The translations under genes were made by a program, and so were the position numbers. The notes under the pieces are model-generated. The model had not been told where the DNA came from. It did no database searches and saw nothing but the letters and a program-made list of their open reading frames with translations. Of a stretch of 64,000 nt of DNA, positions 26,985 through 38,627 are shown in pieces. How positions within the stretch are numbered: position 1 is the stretch's first letter; each line of letters begins with the position of its first letter. The stretch comes from Lingula anatina (Eukaryota > Animalia > Brachiopoda), in contig CM120646.1 in assembly GCA_051362555.1 (NCBI GenBank), forward strand, positions 21,824,001 through 21,888,000, read 5' to 3'.

Positions 26985-27072
26985 GCGCAAAAAGAAAAAG
27001 AAGAAGAAAGAACTAAAACCAGAAGTTCAGAGGGTAGCTGTCCCAAGGAAGCTTCCACCTTTACCAAAGTGA
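26985..27072 (+). CDS. Gene A last coding exon
   Basis: ttttatatacag|G, phase 2. RKKKKKKKELKPEVQRVAVPRKLPPLPK-stop (TGA at 27070-27072). AATAAA downstream at ~27324. Confidence 0.75.
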
Positions 27073-27477
27073 TTTTTGCATACAGAGGATTATGTGACTA
27101 TTGCATCTTTAAAATCAACCATAACTTTTATGACAGCATTGCAATAACAGTTATATTGCTGAGGTAAACAGACAATCAAATATGACTTTTCCAAATATAG
27201 ATAGGGGTTCCCTCATTTGTAATAAGAATATACAATAGCTGTCTTTTCGGATAACGAAGGAATGTCACCAAGGAGATAAGTGAATTATATACAAGAATAA
27301 CTTTGTTTACCTGAATTTCACGGAATAAAACAAATTTATTCGGTGTGATACCAAGTATGTTATGGAAGATAGTAATGTCCTATTCAAAGTACTGTTTGCA
27401 CTCTTCATTGTTTTGTTTCAGTGAACAGCTAAAGCTATTTTATTCATTTATTATTTGTCAAACAGGGCCCAGTATGG

Positions 27478-27527
<50 letters not shown>

Positions 27528-29855
27528 GTATTATATAGTTCTCATGAACAAGAGGCCTTACTTCACTTGTTTAATAATCCATGATTTTATTATTGTGATC
27601 ACCATTGTTTATTTTTTATTATTTTCTTCATTATAATTTATTAAAGTTTTTTTTATCTTTTTAATGTTTATTTATTTTTTAGTCTAGGATTCCTAGTGCA
27701 ATATAATCTTTCTTCAACTGCACAAAATTGTAATTATTTGTTTTCTGTAATTTTATCATTCTTATAATCAGTCTGCATATATTTGAAGAAAAGCTTTTGA
27801 TTTCTTGTGATATATATCTTTATATCAGATTCTGTAAGATGTCTTATTTTCTCTAATTTTTTTGTGAATTTGTTTTCTAATGTACACATGCATAGTTAAA
27901 CAACAGGATGATAACTATCAGGGTATTTTTTTCATTTCTACTTAACTGTTTTCACTGTTACTTAACAAGAGTATCTGTGAATCTGTTCTGTTTTATAGCA
28001 AGACCACCAATTAGTGAAAGATCTTATAAAGAGGTTATTCATTCAATAACTTTGGCTGTGGTATAATGGTTTGCCTGATATTATTGGAATAAAACTAGTA
28101 AGACTATTTATGAAAGGAATATTGCAGCTAAGACTGTGTTACCAGCCATAACCCTATGGTACTAGCAGGATTGATCTATATCAGCTGGTATTCTTGCTAA
28201 GGTGCAGTCATTGTAATCAGCTTAATTGTCTGGCACACCCCTTTGCAAAGCAACATCAACAACATCATAGACTACAATTTTTTCCCAATATAAGTTACGA
28301 GGGGCTGTGCCAAACATTTAAGCCTGCTTAAACTGAATGCAATTTGGGGAGAATCCCCCAGGAGTTAGATTGATCCAGCTAGTCCGATAAGGTTATGGGA
28401 AAGGTCCCTAAAATGGTCTGTCATTATTGTATATGTACAAATATACAGATGTAGATTATGACTTTTAAGCACATCAGTTACATATCAGGTGTATGCTGCA
28501 TATTGGATTTTAAATTGGATTGTCATGGAATTCTGCATAAATGTGTGCACTTTACAGCGTGGTTACTTTTAATATCAGTTATTTTTAATTTATAGAATGG
28601 AAGTGGTTTTGATATACAAAAGTCATCATAATGAAAAAGAGAACTTTTCTATCCTGATCACAGTCGGGTTCTACTGTTGGTTAGTGTAATTTATGTGTGC
28701 ATGAATTGAGAGGAGTCTCTGAGGCTAGTTTGCTGTCAGCAATTTCGTGAATTTCTTCAATTACAGCAGAATAAGTTGTTAGTTGAAAATGTCATTTTAT
28801 TGTCATTTTGATTAATACACAAATTACGAATTCAAATACATATAGTTAAATAATATCATATGAATGATACTCATGTATGGTAAATGATTTACAATTTTCA
28901 GATTAAAATTTTACGTTTCAGCAAAGATGGAGGGAAAAAAGGGCCAAAGATACAGACTATTCACTGTTAGTGTAATTTACCTCATACACAGCCATCTGGC
29001 ATTTCGTTTTTCATGTCTAGGAAATTAATAGCTTTCAACTGTAAATATTGTGCTTTACAGGCAGAATGAAAATTCATGTGAAGATGTATATGAAGTTGTA
29101 ACTGATAATAATAATACATACTGTTTTTGTCTCAAGTATTGTTTTTACACTGTTGCACTAATTACATAATACCCTCCATTTCAGATATCCAAAAACTAAC
29201 ATTTTATTCACTACTGGATTAATCACTCTTGTCTATTGTGTAATGCTTTGGTGGATATTATTTGACCAAAATTTTTGAGAGATATGGAAAAAAAATCTAA
29301 TCATTTTCTTGAGATATCCATTTCATATATGAAACTTAAGGTAACTGTCAGTGTTTGCCAAAATTTCCTTATTTACTGCCCAACATGCATTATTTTTAAT
29401 AAAAAATAAATCTTCAGATCTCAGTGAATTAATGGAAAAATCTTTCTCAAATTTCTTTACCTGAGCACTTATGAACACTGTTTCAACACCAGTTTAATGA
29501 CACTATAGGTAGTTCTTCAAAACCCTGTCATCAATTTTCATAAAATCTCTAGATTTTATTGCTGATAAAGCCAAATAATGCCTTTGCTCAATGAAAATCT
29601 GTAGTTATGGCTCATCATTCCATAATAAAAATATTTAAACCAAAATGACCCCACAAGGTTGAAGCCCATACACTTGTGGTCAAGTGTTCCAATTTTCGTA
29701 ATATTTTCTTCCAAAAAGAATGAAGTTACGTCCCATGCTGATTACTGTATCGCATCAAAACAGCTGTGTAATTGGCATTAAATGCCATGTGGCTACTTTT
29801 ATGGCAGCTAAAACATTTGACAAGAGTACCTGTTTACAGCGTTTTCAAACAACCG

Positions 29856-30510
29856 TTTTATGTACAGACACAGATGTGTATATACATAGAGTCATTGCCT
29901 GTGCCTGTCACTGTCGCCATGCACTTTATACAAATAAGATGAAAATCCTTTTATCTTTTGCCTTCAAACTTACAGAACTGATGAATATTCATTATACACA
30001 GGTGAAGTTCCAAAACCAGCCTGATCGGGCCATTTGTCCTAAAGTTATGCTGTTTTTACACTGAAATGTCTGTATATATAGCCATCACTTGCCTCTGTTG
30101 TCCTGTCGATATTTAAAATTGTTCTATTGACATTTTTCCTATGTCAACAATGTTCTTAGTTGTTCATGGAAAAAAGACAGTAATATGATTATTATGTTTT
30201 ATGTAAAAAAAGTGTTAAAATGGAAATTAATGGAAAAAATGGAAATAAACTAATTTTAATACAATTACCTCTTGTTTACATTTTGGTATTTGCAAGGTGT
30301 GACTTTGAAGTTCCATGGGCTTGAAGACCTTTACTAGTCAAATTTTCTAAATATCCATTTTACTTGCAGTGCATAATTATATAGGCCCTATTGTTGGTGA
30401 ATATTCTGTTAAGTATGTGATATTGCATCAAAATTGAAGAAAACCCTATATCAGGCACTGCCGCCCGAGTGACGGTTAAAGAAAAATCATGCCACTTATT
30501 CTTCACAAAC
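29856..30510 (+). mobile_element. Diverged, truncated Helentron (HINE) copy
   Basis: ttttatgtacagacacagatgtg head plus one core repeat and downstream modules. An opposite-strand fragment lies at ~30630-30820. Confidence 0.7.
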
Positions 30511-31851
30511 TTAGAGCCCTTTTATTTATTTTTAATAATTAAAATTATTTTAGTAACAATGAAAATTTGGAAGACTGTCAGAAAACATATCTGGATCCAC
30601 CCCTGAATTTGGCATTAATTTTCAAAATATGAGGAAAAAATGGTCCCACCAAGCTACCTTTCGAACTAGACCCCTCTGTTAAATGGATATTCATCAGTTC
30701 TATAAGTTGAAGACAAGAGGTAAAACGTTTCTTCACTAATTGTGTTTTGTCTAAAAGCGCATGGTGAAGACGACGGCAGATGTACATTGTACCGGGTAGG
30801 GGATGTCTACATGTAAAAAGTGAAAAACACTGTATTTACATTCAAAGAGGTTTGTCAAATCCAGAGTGTACGTGATTTAAAAAGCATAAAAACAACATCA
30901 AGGGTTTCCCTGCGGCCATTTTTTTCCACATATCCCACCAATACCCAATTCGTTTTTCCATTTGAAATAAGTATTGCCTCTACAGTGTAGGCCGTGCTTC
31001 CCACTCGTTGACCAATTAATCAAATCTATCTGTGAAACAATATCAGTGTGAGGCGACAGACTCCCTCATGGTAGACAGTCCGGTTCCCATTAATTTGCAT
31101 AGGCCTCGCCCTTGATTTTGACCCACTTACATCAGACTAACCCTAACCTGTATAATTAAAGAGAGATTGACTCTGTTACCTAGACTCTCAGTTTCGTGGA
31201 AATTGCATAGAGGGAGTAATGATGCTGGGGAGTATCGGTGTGGGGGAGTTACGGTGCGCGTATATAACGGCAATTTTACAGGGGATGTATCGATGCAGGG
31301 ATCTATTGGTGTGAGGTCGTATCGATGCGCATAATGCAAAAATTTACTAAGGGGAAATATCGGTGCGGGGGAGTATCGGCATGACCCCATCATATTAATA
31401 AGATTTGACAAGGACGAAGGTAAAAACACAGAAATAAAAAATAGAAATACCTGTATTGTAATAAGTACTTTGTATGTTAATCAAAGTACAAATGTCAATA
31501 AAATGACATTTTCAAATAAAAACTACATTTTTGTGCAGAGAAGGTGACATTACGGATATGGATAAACTTACGTATCGCAAATTGCACATAATTACAGGGT
31601 AAACACAATAGGACACAATGCTTAGAGTAAGTCAGCTGGGGTAAGGGAAGTTAGTTGAGTTGGCCTCGTTTAAGGTGATGAGTGACAGCCTTAATTGCCA
31701 CCTCTCCCTCTACCGATGCTGCTGAGTGACAGCTTTAATTGTCATCTCCCAAGTCCCAACCGCTTATCTGATTATCTGCCCGACTGCACACAATCATTGT
31801 TTATCTATATGTGGCACGCTTTCATCGTATTCGTCCTTCAGTTAGTATTTA

Positions 31852-32027
31852 AAGCCTAGGTCCCAAATACGTTTTCCACGCACGGTATTTTAGGTTCCTT
31901 GCGTCCGGCTAGGACGTAGCAAGATCGCACGAAGCGGCTGTTGATCATGTCGAAAAGTTAAGCTTAGGTCCCAACTACGTTTTCCACGCACGGCTTTTAG
32001 GTTCCTTGCGTCCGGCTAGGACGTAGC
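31852..32027 (+). repeat. Direct repeat (~68 bp x2) resembling a duplicated Harbinger-like left terminus
   Basis: aagc(c/t)taggtcccaa.tacgttttccacgcacgg..ttaggttccttgcgtccggctaggacgtagc at 31852 and 31960. Confidence 0.6.
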
Positions 32028-32093
32028 TAAGATCTAATATATCCGTTTATTAGATCTTAGGTAAGATGTACGTAAGATGTGAGTAAGATGTAC

Positions 32094-35000
32094 CAAGGAG
32101 TTATAACAGAAGGAGATTACACGCAAGCCTTTCTATTGTCCGATGTCTGTTACGGTGGGCGGAGCTAGCTACGGGGGGCCTCCGGTCTCAAGGTTTCGTC
32201 TGCGTCGCTCTCCTCAGCTTGGAGATAAATTTCATATGCGTTATTTCGCGTTAGAATTCGAGATCAGTAATGTCAAAGCGCCGCTGTATGCTGACGATTT
32301 TTTTCACAGGTAATTATTTGGACGATGTGCTGGAAGGGAACGATATCATAGAAAGCGATTATAAGGTGGTGACTGAGGATGGTCGCCATGAGCTTTTTTT
32401 AGTCGGTGATAGATGGCTTTTTTATGGCACAACCCGGTGAAAAATCACCAAGGAGAAGTCAAAAGAAAACGTCCCAACTGTGGTTTGTGAAAATGACATT
32501 CAAGTGAACGTCTGTCCTCACTGCCAAAGGACATAATATTAATACATTAACGTTTGGAACCTCCTGCCCTTGGGTCCCATAAACATATACATTGTGACAG
32601 TGCCTACGCTTTGTGTCTGGTTTTAAATTTCTTAAAGTATTTTTTCTCTCACTCGGTATAATTTTAATATTATAATGCATTTAAGTAAAATTTTAATCCA
32701 AGGTTGAGGCAATGCCACGACACGTCAGTTTACTGAATACTCATTATAAATTTCTTTATCTTGGAAATTTCCCTTTTTTCAGGATTATTTGACACGTACT
32801 AACACTGTTCATATTTGTCGGTAAACAAGTGCACAGTGCTATACATTAAGAAAATTTTTATTCATTCATAAATATATTTATGTACAAAATATATCAAAAA
32901 TTTTAGTATTCACTGAGCTCTTTAAAGTGAAACAAATAAAGATGAGAATATTGAATTTCAAACTATTATTTACTATATTAACTTAAAATATCTTTTAAGT
33001 CAACTCTATACTCAAGCACTCTATACTCATGAAAGTAGCATCTGTGAGTAAAACTATTTTATTATATCAATAGAAGAACAAAAACAAAAATTTTACACAT
33101 AAGCAGTAATAAATGAAGTCATAAGAATGATTAAGTTGCTACAGTTTTCCAGTTTTATGCAGTCTATGATGGCATTTTTTTCAACCGTGCAAATAGAAAT
33201 AATTATATTCTTTTTTATCTGACTTGCTGATACCAGTCTGTGCCAGATACTATTCCACTTACAGGCCAGCAAGGTCTGAGAATCTAATGGGCCGAATGAA
33301 AAAAAAAATCCTAGAAGATAAAGTGGTTAATTCTTACAAATAGGATAAAAAACATGGGATTTTCAAAAGGTTATTATAGATCAAGACAACACTTAGTAAG
33401 AACATTTATAAAATGTAACAGCTGAAAAAATTAACTGGTAAATAAGCAGAAAGTGACTGCTTTAAAGAAATTTCACTGAAACAGAAATTTCACTGGCAAT
33501 CAGGTAGACTGTTATACCATGGCACTCAACAATTTATATATAGGTTTTGAATTTTTTTCCACGTAACAGTAACATAAAATTTTTGTCCACTTTTGCAGTG
33601 TCTAGAGTCAGTTAGGTGACTGAAAATATTTTAAAATGTCATAAAGGAGCACTATTAATTTAATGCAATCTCTGTTGGCCAGTCTTATCCAGTTTCTTCT
33701 CCAAAAAGGACAACTCAAGTGAGAATTTCTTCAGGGCCTTTTCTTCTGCCTTGCTAATGCCATACCACTCAGAAAAGAGAGAAACCTGTAGGTTAGAAAA
33801 AAAAAAATAATAATAGCATTATGAACTACTAGTATCCATGTAGACATTATGGAATTACGCAGTGAAGTTTAATGTGTCTTGTTATGACTTGACTGAAATA
33901 ATGTTCACCACATAAATGAACAATTTACAACTAAATTTATATAGAACATCAAGATTCATGATCACAAGCTAATAACCCCAAGAAATTGAAAGAAATTGTA
34001 CTTATTACAAGAAATTATTTAAATCCGCCCTGGTTCCTACTCTTCTGACAGGACAAAAAGGGGATTTCAGAGAGGCTGGTTGCTAAAAGGAAAATGCCCA
34101 AGGTTGTTGTATTTTGAAAAAAAATTAAAAAGGGTACTGTTGTTAGTGAATGTTTAATGCATCTTAGGCATTATGACAAAAGTAACTTACCCCAGACACA
34201 CTGACCTCCTTTTTTCATTGACATATTTTAATTTTTTCCAGCCTGACCATAATTCATATATTCAATGCAGCCTTCTCCCATATCTATAATAGAAAAAAAA
34301 ACTTGAGTAGTGTTAAGATATGCATGTCAAATTCATTATCAATTTTGAGAGAATTTCTGTTTCAACACTACAAGATGAAATATTTAATTTCAAGTAATGA
34401 ATAAACCTTAATAGAGTTCTATTCTTTTGTAACCACCAAGGCAAAGCTTCTTTCTTAAAATGAACTGAAACATCCAAGCTTGCCACCTAACATGCCAAAG
34501 TAGTGAAGTATAATTTAAGTAGAGAAGCAAGTACCCCTTAATTATAGAGGTGTCTTACACAATAAGGTGTGTCTTACACACCTTGACTCAAAGAGAGATG
34601 TGTAGTGAGATAACAGGTAAAGTAATTGTTGGAGCCTAGGTGAACTTAAAACCTTAAGACTTTAAATTAAGAAGCACCAGGATTCATGTGTGTTCTTTTT
34701 TCAAAGGTTTAATATGAATTAAAACATATATAATTATGTAAAAAGAAGACGAAATAAGTTAAAAATAACTATACCAAAGACACTGTGAAGTCAAACTTCC
34801 TGTTAGACCGCCATGATGGAAAATGCTGGGTGGAGGCAAAATTTTCCAGTCAAAAAAACTGAGCACTTTACTTTAACAACAAAGTTACCACTCCAAAGCC
34901 ACCCACCATGGTGAGAAGAAAAATGATGACCAACTGTCATGATAAGTCTTTTTAGATTTAAACATGAAAAAGGTGAAGGCCAAAATGGTACATTTACCCA

Positions 35001-35981
35001 TAACACTAGAGTAAAAAATTGGTATTCTGAACAAATCAGGTCATTTTTTTCAAGAAATATTGGAGCAGTATCCATGCAATATATACCACGCCACGACCAA
35101 GATGTTCAAGAATCTAAACACACCAAATTTTTTTATAATCTTGCATTTGAAAAGTACAAAAAGCGGTAAGGCTTTTGGCCGTAACAAGCGTAACACTTTT
35201 TGATCGGAACTCATGAAAATTGTCAATTGTCGTATCCAAGCTAGACCACATGTAAAATCGCAAAAAAAAAAAAAAAAAAACAATACTGCTCAAGCAAGTG
35301 TGTTGCACACATAACAATTAGTTAAATTTTATGACTGTCATGTGACACAAGTTTTAAAAAGTAGGAGGAAAATGTCTTTTGGAGTAATTTTTTTTTCGAA
35401 ATATTAACAAGATGGCGGCTTAAGCATCTGCTTGTTATTCGGCTACTGAAAGTGCACCTAAGTTTTATTCTTTGCTATTGCCACAAATTACTTAACATTT
35501 GCAACTGTATAAAGACCAAACTTTCTTCATCTGATACTATATTTATAGGCACTTGTTATGAGTGGGAAATATTTTTCGTGCAATATTTATTCTCCACACA
35601 CCACCTCGCGAGATCAACGTGTAGCTGGACACTTACACAGTGAGACCCTACGACATAAAAGTTGCAATTTATCTTCATATTTCGTGTAGTTATGCATTTA
35701 AAAGCACTTACCTGTTTTTTGAAAACCTTGTCCAACGTAATATCATATAAATTATGTATTTCTCTCATTTTTTAGAAACTTGGGACTCCGTTTCTGTTTC
35801 TGTCCTCAAAAATCAACAGACGAAGGCACAGATACCAACAAACGAGATTTAAAGGAGAGTAATTAAGCGTAACAGAGATAGGCATCCATTGTTCTCTGGG
35901 TTCTATTCATTCCGACCAATGAGAGACCGTAATACGGGCTCCGCCCCCACGCGTGTAATCTCCTTCTGTTATAACTCCTTG
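32094..35981 (-). mobile_element. Non-autonomous P-superfamily DNA transposon, copy 1 (3888 bp)
   Basis: Perfect 31-bp TIR CAAGGAGTTATAACAGAAGGAGATTACACGC. 7-bp TSD GATGTAC (32087-93 and 35982-88). No transposase ORF. Confidence 0.85.
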
Positions 35982-36340
35982 GATGTACGTAAGTCGGCAT
36001 TGTCCTTTAGCCTACGGATTTTCACACAATTCTTTTGTCCTCTTAAGGGGCGTACGTAAGACAAGTTAATCGTTTTTGAAGTAAGCATATCCGTAATGGC
36101 ATCTTCTCTGCACAAAACATCACGATACTGAGTATTTGTATCTTTTTCATTCAGGTATAACATAATGCTGTCTTGCTGGGAGGAAGATCCGCGCTTTTTT
36201 GTTGTCCGCAAATTACGACGTTTTGTCTCTAGTGAAATTTGAAGAGAGACTGTAAGTGGATCTTGATCACAGACCAGACGAAAAGTGCTAAGAGACATGT
36301 TAGTTTAGTCAAGGAGTTATAACAGAAGGAGATTACACGC

Positions 36341-36380
36341 GTGGGGGCGGAGCCCGTATTACGGTCTCTCATTGGTCGGA
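36341..36380 (+). promoter_or_regulatory. GC-box plus CCAAT-box promoter candidate at the inner P end (mirrored at ~35911-35950)
   Basis: gtgggggcggagc followed by cattggt, ~150-180 nt upstream of ATG 36523. Confidence 0.4.
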
Positions 36381-36522
36381 ATGAATAGAACCCAGAGAAC
36401 AATGGATGCCTATCTCTGTTACGCTTAATTACTCTCCTTTAAATCTCGTTTGTTGGTATCTGTGCCTTCGTCTGTTGATTTTTGAGGACAGAAACAGAAA
36501 CGGAGTCCCAAGTTTCTAAAAA

Positions 36523-38627
36523 ATGAGAGAAATACATAATTTATATGATATTACGTTGGACAAGGTTTTCAAAAAACAGGTAAGTGCTTTTAAATGCATA
36601 ACTACACGAAATATGAAGATAAATTGCAACTTTTATGTCGTAGGGTCTCACTGTGTAAGTGTCCAGCTACACGTTGATCTCGCGAGGTGGTGTGTGGAGA
36701 ATAAATATTGCACGAAAAATATTTCCCACTCATAACAAGTGCCTATAAATATAGTATCAGATGAAGAAAGTTTGGTCTTTATACAGTTGCAAATGTTAAG
36801 TAATTTGTGGCAATAGCAAAGAATAAAACTTAGGTGCACTTTCAGTAGCCGAATAACAAGCAGATGCTTAAGCCGCCATCTTGTTAATATTTCGAAAAAA
36901 AAATTACTCCAAAAGACATTTTCCTCCTACTTTTTAAAACTTGTGTCACATGACAGTCATAAAATTTAACTAATTGTTATGTGTGCAACACACTTGCTTG
37001 AGCAGTATTGTTTTTTTTTTTTTTTTTTGCGATTTTACATGTGGTCTAGCTTGGATACGACAATTGACAATTTTCATGAGTTCCGATCAAAAAGTGTTAC
37101 GCTTGTTACGGCCAAAAGCCTTACCGCTTTTTGTACTTTTCAAATGCAAGATTATAAAAAAATTTGGTGTGTTTAGATTCTTGAACATCTTGGTCGTGGC
37201 GTGGTATATATTGCATGGATACTGCTCCAATATTTCTTGAAAAAAATGACCTGATTTGTTCAGAATACCAATTTTTTACTCTAGTGTTATGGGTAAATGT
37301 ACCATTTTGGCCTTCACCTTTTTCATGTTTAAATCTAAAAAGACTTATCATGACAGTTGGTCATCATTTTTCTTCTCACCATGGTGGGTGGCTTTGGAGT
37401 GGTAACTTTGTTGTTAAAGTAAAGTGCTCAGTTTTTTTGACTGGAAAATTTTGCCTCCACCCAGCATTTTCCATCATGGCGGTCTAACAGGAAGTTTGAC
37501 TTCACAGTGTCTTTGGTATAGTTATTTTTAACTTATTTCGTCTTCTTTTTACATAATTATATATGTTTTAATTCATATTAAACCTTTGAAAAAAGAACAC
37601 ACATGAATCCTGGTGCTTCTTAATTTAAAGTCTTAAGGTTTTAAGTTCACCTAGGCTCCAACAATTACTTTACCTGTTATCTCACTACACATCTCTCTTT
37701 GAGTCAAGGTGTGTAAGACACACCTTATTGTGTAAGACACCTCTATAATTAAGGGGTACTTGCTTCTCTACTTAAATTATACTTCACTACTTTGGCATGT
37801 TAGGTGGCAAGCTTGGATGTTTCAGTTCATTTTAAGAAAGAAGCTTTGCCTTGGTGGTTACAAAAGAATAGAACTCTATTAAGGTTTATTCATTACTTGA
37901 AATTAAATATTTCATCTTGTAGTGTTGAAACAGAAATTCTCTCAAAATTGATAATGAATTTGACATGCATATCTTAACACTACTCAAGTTTTTTTTTCTA
38001 TTATAGATATGGGAGAAGGCTGCATTGAATATATGAATTATGGTCAGGCTGGAAAAAATTAAAATATGTCAATGAAAAAAGGAGGTCAGTGTGTCTGGGG
38101 TAAGTTACTTTTGTCATAATGCCTAAGATGCATTAAACATTCACTAACAACAGTACCCTTTTTAATTTTTTTTCAAAATACAACAACCTTGGGCATTTTC
38201 CTTTTAGCAACCAGCCTCTCTGAAATCCCCTTTTTGTCCTGTCAGAAGAGTAGGAACCAGGGCGGATTTAAATAATTTCTTGTAATAAGTACAATTTCTT
38301 TCAATTTCTTGGGGTTATTAGCTTGTGATCATGAATCTTGATGTTCTATATAAATTTAGTTGTAAATTGTTCATTTATGTGGTGAACATTATTTCAGTCA
38401 AGTCATAACAAGACACATTAAACTTCACTGCGTAATTCCATAATGTCTACATGGATACTAGTAGTTCATAATGCTATTATTATTTTTTTTCTAACCTACA
38501 GGTTTCTCTCTTTTCTGAGTGGTATGGCATTAGCAAGGCAGAAGAAAAGGCCCTGAAGAAATTCTCACTTGAGTTGTCCTTTTTTGAGAAGAAACTGGAT
38601 AAGACTGGCCAACAGAGATTGCATTAA
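36523..38627 (+). pseudogene. Small spliced cargo gene or pseudogene inside the P element (exons 36523-36579, 38007-38099, 38502-38627)
   Basis: Strong donors CAG|gtaagt and GGG|gtaagt, polypyrimidine acceptors (ctaac branch point before exon 3), all phase 0. The middle exon has two in-frame TGA codons. Confidence 0.4.

Noticed and set aside
31200-31390. GC-rich ggggagtatcggtg repeats and the 100-aa minus-strand ORF
   Set aside because: Probably the subterminal repeats of a truncated DNA transposon. No partner end or TSD was found, so it is not assigned.
35969-36298. 109-aa ORF spanning the spacer between the P elements
   Set aside because: Its stop lies inside the P TIR and no domain is recognisable. 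It is most likely a chance frame in older host-element sequence.
34803-37487. Mirror-image ORF pairs in the ORF track
   Set aside because: They are a simple consequence of the inverted copies and show no protein motifs.
38007-38099. Selenocysteine read-through of the two in-frame TGA codons
   Set aside because: No SECIS or redox motif could be identified. CpG decay or non-coding status is the simpler explanation.
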